From assembly GCA_030704615.1 (NCBI GenBank), contig CM060731.1, forward strand, positions 11,408,001 through 11,472,000: 64,000 bases of DNA, in the 5' to 3' direction. Made by a program: the position numbers and the translations under genes. The notes below the pieces were generated by a model. That model had not been told where the DNA came from and did no database searches. It saw nothing but the letters and a program-made list of their open reading frames with translations. How positions within the stretch are numbered: position 1 is the stretch's first letter; every line of letters starts with the position of its first letter. Source of the DNA: Takakia lepidozioides. Taxonomy: Eukaryota; Plantae; Bryophyta. Of the stretch, positions 37,600 to 49,448 are shown piece by piece.

Positions 37600-39150
37600 A
37601 TGAATCCCATGCCTCCCATATTCCTCCCTCAGGAGCAGGAGGTGGACCATCCGGCCTTAGAGCCGGTACCACCTGAGCTGTAGCCATGGCAGCGAGCCTC
37701 TGCTTTAGCTGCTGAAGCCGGTTGGCCATGCCTTGGTCAACACCCTGACCTCCGCGTCCTTGGCCACGTTGAGCTTGCCCTTGGCCTCGTGGCTGGCCAC
37801 CTCGTCCTCTCTGGGCTGCTCCACCTCGCCCCCGGCCACCATTGTTCCCTTGGAACTGGCATGGGCGCAACTCAGGATGCAAACCATAACACTGGGCCTC
37901 TCCATGCCCGTGCTTGCCACAATGCCCACACTGCAACTGTGCAGGCTATGCATGTGCCGACCCTTTGCCTCCCTCTGGGCAATCCTTCTTGACATGGGGT
38001 CCTCCACATGTCCAGCACACCACATCCGCCCGTTGTTGGCCAGCAAATGAAGGGAGAGACCCCTGCATCTGAGGTCCTCTCTGCCCTTCCCTTAGCTTCA
38101 CCTGAGCCCCCTTGTTGCCTTGAGCACGTTGAGGTGGTGGTTGGCTAGGAGCACCACTACCCCATGGTGTCTCCTTAGCAAATCCCACCGTGACCACTCG
38201 TTCCTCCACCATGTTGAGCTCTATCCGCTCTGCCAGCAAAAACACATTTGCTAAGGTGGGTTGGGCCGCTTGTAGGAGAGTTGCATCCCGCACCCTTCTC
38301 CTCAGCTCCTTGTCCAATATCCCATACCAGAATTGGACTGCCTGAGCTTCCGTAACCCCTTGGGTTACATTTATCAAGCGCCTCATGCGAGTGAAAGCCT
38401 CCCTCAAGCTCTCGGTCCGCTTCCATTGGAACTCTTGCAAGCTCCGCAACTTCTCTATCCTCACCCCTTGGTAGTTCCCTCTCAACTCTTCGAAGAACTC
38501 CACAACAGGGTTGAAGGCAGGCACGGGTGCTAGTGCTGGTGCGGTAGTGGCTTTGGTGGACGTCGTAGCTACTGTACCACCAGTCCCACTGCTATTTGCT
38601 GAAGCTGCCGGTGCAGCGGCAGGTGTAGCCACTGCCCTCGTAGCTCTAGTGCCCCTAGTGATGGAGACATAGTCGGGTGACCAGTACATCCTCCACTCCT
38701 CGATCTCAACCTCATGCCCTTGCCTGAACTCATGGTATCCATAGGCGGCCCCCTCAAGGTGCTGAAACAGCCCCTTCCATGCCATGAAAGGCGTAAATAA
38801 TTGTGGATTGCGCATTTGCTGCAAATCACACCAACTATCAAACTCTTGGATAAAATCATCCAACTCGATGGTGCCCACCGCCCCAGAGTACCTTCATGGC
38901 CCCTTGGTAGCTCCATACATCTCCTCCATTGTGTCCCACAACAATGGCAAAGAAACAACTTGCACCGCCGGTATGAATCCTCCTGATTCACAATCCGAAT
39001 CAGAACCTTCCGTAGAAGACACAGGAGGTGAAGGTGGCCTAACCTGCACACCTCATCTCGTGTACCCACTAGTATCGCTAGTGCTCGAACCGGCACTGTC
39101 CCCAGCAACTAGTGGTACCTCCGTGTTGACACTCAACCGGTCATGAACAT
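37600..39150 (-). pseudogene. Gag with two zinc knuckles and an RGG-rich tail
   Basis: Retrotransposon gag-like capsid (LDDFIQEFDSW...ESLREAFTRMRRL), CWTCGGPHVKKDC, CGHCGKHGHGEAQC, GGRGRGG. Confidence 0.8.
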
Positions 39151-39825
39151 GTCCCTAACCCCCTCTCCACAAGGTAACCGAGTAGAGAACCTGTTGCGGA
39201 TTATGGTTGGAATACTAAGTTCCTAACATAGCCTACACCTGTACCTGCATCCACCGCAAGCACTCCTATGGTTGGCTGGTCATCACCCCAGCCTCACCAT
39301 CGACATCATGCTCTAGGACTGGCCGGTGATCAAATCCGGACCAATCACCTATAAAAACAAGTGCCCACACAAAACTAGCATGGCGCACAGTCAAGCATGC
39401 AGGTATGGAGGGGATCCAAACACAAGAAATTAGAACGACAACTCCCCCACACCAAAAACAACTCCACGGTGTTGCTCCTGCAAGGATACCCCAGCCCAAA
39501 CCCGGATTGACTCTTGCCTCCACCTACGGGAAGGTCTTGGCCTAATGAGAGGGTGGAAACTACGAGGAAGAGAAGCTAAAGCAATGCCTAACCCCAGCAT
39601 GCCCTCATCCCAACACTCTTCCTCTCCTCTCTTCCCTCACTTGCATGACCATGGGAATATCATGAAGATACTCCTCAAACCGCCCTCCACGAGCTTCAAA
39701 ATTCGGCCTTCAAGACCACATGCCAGTCCTTAGGCAGTCCACCAGTGCCTCCACGAATTAGCACAGGCCATCCACAGGTCAACACGGGCCACCACAGACC
39801 AGCACAGGCCTACACAGCTCACTGG

Positions 39826-40890
39826 TCACAGCCGTCACAGTCCCACAGGCCACTGGGCACAGCCTGTCACAGCCCCTCATAGCCCGTTACAGCTCGCCAC
39901 AGCCTGTCACAGCCCTGCACAGCCCGTCACAGCTCGCCACAGCCCGTCACAGCCCCACAGGCCACTGGGCACAGCCTGTCACAGCCCCGCACAGCCCGTC
40001 ACAGCCCCACAGGCCACTGGGCACAGCCTGACACAGCCCCTCACAGCCCATCACAGCTCGCCACAGCCCCTCACAGCCCCAAAGGCCTCAGGCACGGCCT
40101 GACACAGCCCGTCATAGCCCCAAAGGCCTCAGGCACGGCTTGTCACAGCCCCTCACAGCCCCAAAGGCCACGGGCACAGCCTGTCACAGCCCCCACAGCC
40201 CGTCACAGCCCCACAGGCCACTGGGCATAGCCTGTCACAGCCCCGCACAGCCCGTCACAGCCCGTCACAGCTCGCCACAACCCCTCACAGCCCCAAAGGC
40301 CTCAGGCACGGCCTGTCACAGCCCCTCACAGCCCGTCACAGCCCCACAGGCCTCAGGCACGGCCTGACACAACCCCTCCCAACCCGTCACAGCCCCAAAG
40401 GCCTCAGGCACGGCCTGTCACAGCCCCTCACAGCCCATCACAGCCCTAAAGGCCACGGGCACAGCCTGTCACAGCCCCAAAAGGCCACCGGCACAGCCCC
40501 TCACAGCCCATCACAGCCCCCAAGGCCACCGGCGTAGCCCGTCACGACCCCGAAGGCTACCGGCACAGGCCCTCACAGGCCCTCACAGCCCGTCACAGCC
40601 CCGAAGGCCATCGCGCAGCCCGCACAGCCCGTCACAGCCCTGAAGGCCACCGGCGCAGCCCGGCACAGCCCCTCACAGCCCCAAAGGCCTCAGGCACGGC
40701 CTGACACAGCCCCTCACAGCCCGTCACAGCCCCAAAGGCCTCAGGCACGGCCTGTCACAACCCCTCACAGCCCCAAAGGCCACGGGCACAGCCTGTCACA
40801 GCCCGTCACAGCCCGTCACAGCCCCACAGGCCACTGGGCACAGCCTGTCACAGCCCCCAAGGCCCCAGGGACAGCCCGTCACAACCCCAT
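39826..40890. repeat. ~1.06-kb GC-rich minisatellite in the retroelement leader
   Basis: Dozens of TCACAGCCC(C/G) 10-mers interleaved with AAAGGCCTCAGGCACGGCCTG / ACAGGCCACTGGGCACAGCCTG units. Confidence 0.95.
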
Positions 40891-41334
40891 CCATGGCCGC
40901 TCTGGCAGTTTAGCCATTTCTCCAAGGGGTTTAGCCACGCCAAGCTAGGGTTTGTGTCTCTTGGACTCTAGGCTTCTTTCCACCAAGCTATGGCGGCTGT
41001 GAGGAAATCAGCAAGGTATTCTTGCTCTTTCGGCTCCCACACACCACCATAGTAGCCCTAAGCCATGAGGTGGTTGCCACAAACCAAGCCTTCTTTCTCA
41101 CTTAGCTCAATGGAAGCCCTGCTGGTTCCCAGCCCTTGTGAGCACTCATTCAAGCACTCTCCTTGGCCATAGCATCTATCTTAGAGCCTATTCCAGCCCC
41201 CTACACCTGCTGCTTCAAGAGTTGCGCTCCCTTCAAGCTTGAAGTTGAAACCCCAACTCACATAGGCCCTACAAGTGCTTTTCTTTCACTCCAAGTGGAA
41301 ACCAGCCCTAGACCTTCCGTTCTAGCTCTCTAAA

Positions 41335-41710
41335 GCTTGAAAACAAGAGCCTCAATGGGCTGAAGGCATGCTCTACACATGCCCCACTCTCACCATAAGA
41401 GAATCAGCTCTTTTGCTTCATTTCTTGCACCCACAAACCTGAAAATACAAGCTTCAGCAGGCTGAAAGCATGCTCCACATGCCCTACAGGGAAACCAGCC
41501 CCTTCCTTCCTTTCTTGCACTCCCACACCTGAAAGTGCAAGTCTTCACCAGGCTGATAGCATGCTCCACACATGCATTGTCCTCACATAAATGAAGTCAG
41601 CCCTTCCCTCTTCCTTGCTTGCCCTCCAAGCTTGAAGATGGAAGCTTCAATGAGCTGAATACATGCTCCACACATGCAACCTCTTCACACAAGAGATATC
41701 AGCCCCCTAT
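41335..41710. repeat. Four diverged ~95-100 bp tandem units in the retroelement leader
   Basis: GCTGAn(a/g)CATGCTCCACACATGC core at ~41358, 41460, 41552 and 41654. Confidence 0.7.
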
Positions 41711-42376
41711 CTTGGCTCCTTGGCTCCTTGATGCTCTCTAAGACAAGACTAAGCACTCCACAGCCTTTGCCAAGCTCCTGAAACCCTAAGGCTTACATTT
41801 CCAGCCACAAGACACTTCTCTTGTGGTGCAAGAGCTCTTCTTCCAAGCTCTGAAACCCTAGGTGCACATTCCATGGCCTTGCCGTACCTCTTAGCTCCTG
41901 TTCCAGCCCTGCTCTTGCCATGACAAGAGCCCTCTCAATGCTGAAGCTCGAGATTGAAACCCAATCTCATCATACTCCACAAAGTGCACTGATTTGCCCC
42001 AAGCCAAATCAGCTCTTTCGCTTGGTCTTGCAATCCTTCACACAATGAAAGCTCGCATTCCCAATTCCAGTTCTCAGCTTTGCCACCAAAGCCGCTATGA
42101 CCTGCTCTTGACTGGTCCTCTTCCCAATCGTGCTTGCTCATGCATGTACACAATCTTAAACCATCAAGGTGCTCTGGAATTACCTGCAGCATGGTGCTTT
42201 CATCTCTGAAGCTGAAGATCGAATGCCAAGGTCTACCACCTCGTAACCCACATCGCCTCCGCTTCTAACAACCAAGAGCTCCACGGTGCTCCTTGCATAA
42301 CAACTTGGTTTCTCTCATTCTCAAGCAAAAACCACGAGTGCTACAACTAACTCGTATCTGGCACTCACAGATACGA

Positions 42377-42393
42377 GCTCATCTTTCTCGAGT
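42377..42393 (-). promoter_or_regulatory. Putative self-priming primer-binding site
   Basis: Directly follows repeat A1 and is the exact 17-nt reverse complement of 42547-42563 inside A1; no tRNA-type TGG PBS is present. Confidence 0.7.
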
Positions 42394-42709
42394 GATAAAG
42401 AAGAAGAATATAAGCACGAGCTCACAATTCTGAAGCATAAACTCATGCATATATAACCTCATCACTCAAATACAAGTCAAGCCAAGTGCACCCCACGCCA
42501 TGGGGAATCCACACTACGGCGCCATAGCTAGGCGTGGTGAGGCTCAACTCGAGAAAGATGAGCCTTCCGCGCTTGCCGTGAAGATAACCACTCCAGGGCC
42601 TAAATCTGCCTTGACCCCTGGATTGACACTTGGGCCAATCCCAAATGTCAATATGTAAAAGCTAGCTATTTCCTAGCTAGTTTCACACTAGTGGTAAAAT
42701 AACTTGACA
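42394..42709 (-). repeat. 5' terminal repeat A1
   Basis: 316-bp direct repeat of 30954-31269 with about 7 differences; starts TGTCAAG on the minus strand. Confidence 0.92.
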
Positions 42710-45700
42710 GACTGTTGTCAACCGTGTCGTTGAAAGAATAACCCAGTAGATAGTTTGTCGTTGAGATTAAGCTCTCCTAACTTGCCTCTGCTTGAATAGC
42801 AATTGGATGTTGAGGTGAGGAACAGACAGACCGTTGCCTACAATCGTTAAATCGGCCCCCAGATGTTCGAATGGACGACTGGAATCGCACACTCTGTTGC
42901 ACCCTGCAGGTACCCTAGTCATATAAACTCCTGAGCGCTTTGGCTTCATGGACGTCGCAGACCCTTCCATTTGTGGGCCATACCAGTATCCGTGTCGATG
43001 TTTCGCCGTTTCTGATACAAATGGTCTTTGTTCTTCGCTGTCTGTGTACAAATCGGCTCTTCTGGCTCAAAAACACTCAAAAAACAATCTGCGCGTCTTT
43101 TAATGCACCTACACCAGTGCATCCCAAACAAATTTGTTGAGCAGTTTTTCCTCGAGAAGTTCACTTTCCCATATCTGCATAAGTGAGCGACGTCTGTTAA
43201 AAAGGGTCAAGAAACACCATCACCGAATTAGGTGGAGGATGAAGTTGAGAATGTCATGGAAAAATGAATCTATTGATTTTTGGAACATAACATAAATGTA
43301 TTAACCGTTATGATACAAAGAGTAAGACAAAATATATAAATTCCAAGTGGGAAAGAAGACAATTTCTACCTTTGATGCCTCCTGGAGGCGCTCTTCGATT
43401 CATGTTTTACTGTATTTACATCCTTCTTCAATAAACTGTTGGGCTGCAGATCGCTATGGTTTGAATACAAGTTAGCGATTATTTCCTGACATGCAAAATG
43501 ACGGAATTGAATTGTCAGCTGAAAAAATTCTTACCCGAAGTGATGCTCTTGTAAATTGAGAGTGATCGTCCTTATGAGCAATTGCGAAGGCTGAGTGGTG
43601 TCGTCAAAGTTGTAGCCTTCAACGCCTCCTGACGAGGCAGCCATCACTGACGTTGAACTTGTTCAAGAAACCATTCAATTTGCAATCAATTCACCTTGTT
43701 AGTCGATCACTTTGCAGAACAAAATGAACAACAAAAAATCTACACCTGACAAGTGATGACCTATATTGCAACAAAGCCATTTCGAGAGGCCATCCCTGCT
43801 CCTGTTCCTGCTCCTTCCCCTCACCTGCCTCAGAAGAAGAATTAAATGATGATCATTGGATAAAATGTCATACATTTGTGAAACACTCGACGAGATTATC
43901 CACCTGGATGGGTGCGTTGCCTACAAATTCATGCTAGATGTGCAAGAAGAAATTTGCGCCATGAAATAAGTTCCAACATCATATTAGCTTATGATTGTGT
44001 GAATAATTTCAAATGTTTGTTTTGCACCTTTCTAACGAAATTAGTCGGGGCTTGCTGGTGGTCGTTCCATTTTTTACTTCAAAATATGACGTTGGAGCAG
44101 ATAGTCGTCTTCTGAGCAAAATGCACATCCATGTTCAGTGATGAATCAAGTGAGTATAGCTTCAGTTTGACTCTAGGTAAAACTTTAGACAGGTGCCAAA
44201 AAACCCAAATGTATTGTATATACCTCTAGAGCAGTTGGGTTTCCTGGACCAATTATGTTGCGAGAAGGAGGCCAACATCTTTGGACGAATGTCCCTTCTT
44301 GGAAAATGTGTAAAGAGATTTAACTTTTAATAAAACCACATTCGTTTGCCCAAGGTGGGAATAGAGATTAGCAAGGTCAATACATTTGTTGGGAGAGACC
44401 ACCAATGATTGAGGAGTAAGACAAAAAGTTTAAATTCCAAATGGGTCGGAAGAATCACAACAATCCCTACCTTAGAAGCCTCATGGAGGCGCAATCAATT
44501 TCTGACAAACAAAATGGTGGAATTGAATTGCCAATTAGAAATAATCTTACCTGGAGTCGTGGTTTGATAAATTGAGATCGATGGTCCTTATGAACAAGTG
44601 CAAAGGCTGAGGACTGTCATCATAGCTGTAACCTTCAACACTGTCTCTGACGATGTAGACATCACCCACGTTGAGCTTCTACTAAAAACCATTTAATTTG
44701 CATGCAAGTCACCATGTTAGGTGACCATGTTGCATCGTTTGTAGATAATGATGAATAACAAAATCTAACTCTTGAAGCAGATGTTTTTACAGAACTTTCC
44801 CGACATGACATCAAATGGTCACTGCAAATCTTCTACAAGGCCGGACTTCTTTCTTCCTTATTAAACTATTTAGGTAGATGCGTCCCGACATGACATCAAA
44901 TGGTCACTGCAAATCTTTTATAAGGGTTTCTTCTTTCTTTATTAAACTATTTATATGTATGCGCGGATGATTTTGTCTTACTCTTAGAAAATTCATGGAT
45001 ATGCCAATATCGACATAGTTTTCCAAGTCCCGAATCGCTTACGTGACGTTGCATCCAACTTAAAGATTGATTGGTCCAAATGAGTCCATGCAATGACTTC
45101 TCTCTAAATTGCAAGACCCAATATAAATTGCAAAGCATTACATTGTGTGGGACCACAACATGGGCTTGATCTGGCTGCAACATGCTTTTATCACATATCT
45201 TTGTAATTAGGATGTCCAATGGACCTCAACATCTCGGACATGTACCATACTAATCAAGTTCTTCTCAAATTCAAACGTACATTAATAATCTATTGAAGCT
45301 CTATTAGGCTTTCATTGTTCAGTAGACTGTTGATTATTACTCAAGTTCTTTTGGCTCAATGAATCTGGTTCCAAGCCAAATCTATTCGGTTCCTTGACTC
45401 TACCATAATTAAAAAGATCAAACCTATGGGATGCCACTCATTCTCCCTTGAAGAAGACTGTAACAGTCTTTTAGAACCAATTTTGTTTTAAAAAAACAAA
45501 CACGAGTGCTTCAGAATTTTGGAGCCCGAATCCCAAAAACCCTTAAGCGCCTATTTGGCCTCTTTTGGGCCCTTGTTTTTTTGTTACTGGTGGTGGATTT
45601 TTACATGTTTCAATCAAATGACCCAAAATTTCGGGCTGCAGATGTCGTCTACCGTCCTAGCAAATAGACAATAAAATGTGCAATTAGCACGATTTTTCCA

Positions 45701-48475
45701 TTATGGTTTCGATTATTCAGATTGAAGGGAAATCGTTTTCTTTGATAAAACAATTAAATTACAAATCCTATTGCTATAATGAAAAGATTGACATGCATTG
45801 CTTTCCAAAAGATGATGTACAATTCTTAGCTCAACAAAGGTCTTGTTGCACAATTTCTACCCTACCATTTTTTGCTTCTACGTGGGTCCACAACTTTCTC
45901 CAAGGTCCACGGTTCTGGCACGATGGTCCATGTTTTCCCACAACGGCGTGGCTTTTGAGGAAGGGATGAATGGGGTTGGTATCGCTTGACAAATATGATT
46001 GCGTAAGTACAACTCAGGGGTATGGGGTTGATCATATGACGTGAGCATAATCCACACATAAGCGAGAACAACCGTTTGCTATCCATACATATTTGCAAAC
46101 ATAAATAAGAGTCATAGACAGACATACAATATTGTTGCGTCAATAAGCTAGGTCAATTGCATCGTCTATGATATGTGTATTTCTATATATTTTTTAAACT
46201 AGGTGAAAAAACTCTATCTATATTTATTGAAAGAATAAGAATCAAAACTGTTGGTCACTACCATCATAATGCCATGAAGCATGTATAAGAAAAATTCATC
46301 TCAGTCATCATAGCATACCCTATTCATGGTGATATCCATGCCCCACAATTTTCACACGTTCTAAACTCCCTCGACAAACAATCACTGCTACTTGCTTTCA
46401 AACACGCATACATCTCACCACGCCCATTCAATTCAAAAATAGCCCTATTCACACAAGATGTGAAGTAGATGGTTCACTAGTTGGCATGGCCTCAAAAGCT
46501 CTTTCAGATTGTCAATCCCATCCACCTCGTCCAAATAAATTTGGAGTGAGAGATGGGTTCCAGCCACTCCTTTGGAAAAGCGGCCCTGTTCCTGATTGTC
46601 GCTTGAAGGCAACCATGGACCCTCACCAAGTAACCACTAGTTGCTAAGTTAGATTCATTTAAAAAGGTAAAGGCCTTGATGTGAAATGCATCGCAATTCA
46701 CTTGATCACCCCCCTAAAAGTGCGCAATTCATTTGAATTGCAAGGGCAATTCAATTGAACTGCTAAAACTAGCTTGAAAAAAACCCTAATTTGCAATTCA
46801 ATTGAATTGTTGGCACAATGAAGACAATAAATTAATGAGTAAATTTTATTTTCCATGTAGTTGACCTCATTAAGTGTGATATGTTTGTTATGGTCTGAAA
46901 TTCTGCCCTCTTTTATGGTTAGTTGTTATATATGTATATAATGGTACGTTTTACTTAATTTGATTAAAAGGGCCTCCGTTAAAAATAAAAAATAAAAAAA
47001 TGGTGTGTTTTCTATACTCTAGTCGTCATGCATAAAATTTAAAGAGGGTCGATCCACTGTACATAGGGATTTGAAGAATAACCATTGTGTAAAGGGGTCT
47101 AAAAAAAAGGAGACAGAAAGGCGACAAATTTGTATAAGTGGGGTTTAGGAGCCAATTTGGGGTAGTTAGAGTACAAGTGTCAAGCGGTGGGAGTAGGGCT
47201 TTCTAGGGTATGACAGGTGTGTGGGGTCTCAGCGGCCTTCTGGAAAGCTCCACCGCCTGACCAGATTTGGCCCTCACAGGATATATATGGGAGGTGAAGA
47301 CGTGAAGACCATCCTCCTTACTACTCTACTACCTATTACTAAGTATTTTACTTGCTACTTAGTGGGCTCTGTTAGCAAGGGCCCCCAAAACAAATGCAAA
47401 ACAGGACACAAACGAACCATACCTATATGAATGATAGAACAGCAAACTGATTTTAAGCCCCCCCATGTATATAATATACACATACTTAATGCACTTCATG
47501 CAACATGCTATTTGCTACGAAATCTTCATTCCCTCACTACACTGGCCTGCTTGGTGACCTCTTCCATCTGCGTAAAAAAAAACTAAAAACTGCCTTGAAA
47601 TTTCTTTGTGAGAGGAGAAAATAACCTCTTTCACAGCTCCCCCCTAAACGGAAGATAATAGGAATGTAAGAACTTAATGCACACGTGCAACCTCTGACGG
47701 GATAGTACGCCGGTTTCCAGCATGTCAAATCTTCCCCACCCGCTCTTGAGAGTGACATGGAACTGAAAGAGTGTAAACTCGAGTCAGGGTTACACGACGA
47801 GGTGTGTAACTCCACTCGGGGTTACACAGAATGGAGTGTAACTCCTCTCGGTGTAACTCACACTTGGTCTCAAAATTTGACCAAGTCCAAAATGGACTTA
47901 CCAGAGTTACATGAGAAACCGGGGTTACAGAGGGTAGCTCCTTCCATCATGAATCGATCCCTGGACCTAGTCACCTACAACTCCATCACCTTACCACAAT
48001 GCTACCCTTCATAGATTGCGACTGCTGTGGATTCTTCAGTATTTAATAGTGAAACTGAGGTAAGAGGTGGTGGGGAGCATTTGACAAGGGCCCCGGCTGC
48101 GGCGAAAGTACTGTCAGACCACAGGCGTCCATTAAGTGCTTACATTATTCCTATTGTCTTCCCCCCTAAACAAGCAAACAGCAAACAAAACAACTAGGAT
48201 ACAAATATTATTTAACGGTCAAATTGAGGATCTTCATATCCCTATTGGGAAGGTCGCAGACTGGGAATGCCGTAAATTGGATAAGTTAACAGGGCGTGCG
48301 TATCTCACATTGCGACACGGGAAAGTAGGCCATTCCCATCCCACTAAAATACAACTTATTAAACCATAACCGGTCGTTAGTCCCCCATATGACAGAAGGA
48401 AATAAATAACGGGACACCTGGCCATGGTTGATTGGAGGGCCTAAAGAATCTTACCATATGGCCGATGGGTCGACT

Positions 48476-48675
48476 TGCAACGGCGTCAGAATCCAATTGG
48501 ACGGTGGCCTGGACAGTGACGGAACCGATCGCCACGTGATGGCCGTTGGACGACGCCGTTGCTTTGCGCACGCCCTCGTCCGCACAGAGAGGGACGCGGG
48601 TACAGACTGGGAAGCGATGGCGTCGCTCTGCACTGACGCCGTCGGACGGGCCCCACGAACGCCAGCCGTTGTACA
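48476..48675. promoter_or_regulatory. MSA-like elements and G-box upstream of the pectin methylesterase
   Basis: TCCAACGGCC (minus, 48550-48541), more AACGG cores at ~48479, 48556 and 48666; CACGTG at 48533. Confidence 0.45.
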
Positions 48676-49448
48676 TGAATATGCAGTAGGCTGGGTCCCG
48701 GGTAATAATTTGAGGCGGGTGATAATATACTAGTAAAAAACTCCACCGTCGTCTCTTTGTCTTGCTTTCCGTTCCCCTGCTTTCCTAGGCGCTCTGTTAT
48801 AAAAAATCTTTTCGAGAAAGACGGAGCTCGTTGTCTTGGCATCTGCGTTGTCTGAGGTTCGGCTGGTGTTCTGCTCCAAATTTGGATTTTGGTCGGAGCG
48901 GCGGATTCTGTGGAACTGGATCTGCAAATTTTCGAACTTTCTTTTGGTGGGAGACCTCGGTTTTCCAGGAGCTGTGTTGAATTGCCATCTCCCTTGAAGG
49001 ATTTGGAACTGTGGAACATGACCTGATCGGGTTTGCTGAGCATTTTTTGTAACTCGATGTTGTAGCATCTGGCTTTCTAATTTTTTCGTAGTTTGCCTTC
49101 CCTCTTAACTCTGTCAACGCTGTCGCATTGTTTGTATAAGATTATTTCTCGTTTGATCAGAGGGAGATGTTTTTCTCCATTCGGAATATCTACCTCAGTT
49201 TCGTGCTTCCATCTTTGTCCATAGTACACCTCCCTGTGGCGGACTTAAAAATCTTCTTTGTTGTTGTTCATTCTTTATCTCTCTCGATGGCATTCTATCG
49301 AGAATCTGAAATGAAGATTTGAAGTGAGAGCGTATATCGCGAATCTGATATGAGTTCAACGAGAGGTTTGCAATTGTAGTAGTGACAGTCTTAGCAACCG
49401 CTTCTTCTCTTTGCTTGGTGTGCAGGTGAGGTTTTTAGACACAGACAC

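Larger units (their letters stand above)
30762..42709 (-). mobile_element. Ty3/Gypsy retrotransposon with split direct repeats; domain order Gag-PR-DNMT-RT-RH-IN-PHD; frameshifted copy
   Basis: Termini TGTC...GACA, 4-bp TSD GACT (30758-30761 / 42710-42713), Gypsy domain order, repeats A (42394-42709, 30954-31269) and B (31272-31457, 30762-30946). Confidence 0.9.

Noticed and set aside
39826-40890. CRISPR-like array, or the coding ORF 40140-40367
   Set aside because: No unique spacers, eukaryotic context; the ORF is just translated minisatellite.
30954-42709. Conventional LTR element bounded only by the two A repeats
   Set aside because: Flanks of the A repeats do not match (CAATAA vs GACTG), A2 lacks a terminal CA and has no PPT; the TSD appears only when B2 is included.
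30762-42709. Ngaro/DIRS tyrosine-recombinase element
   Set aside because: No tyrosine-recombinase motifs seen; a protease, DDE integrase, Gypsy-type RT and a TSD are present, and the methyltransferase is C5-cytosine type rather than the adenine type of DIRS.
48377-49117. Overlapping 60-185 aa ORFs
   Set aside because: No recognisable domains; GC-rich promoter and 5' UTR of the PME gene.
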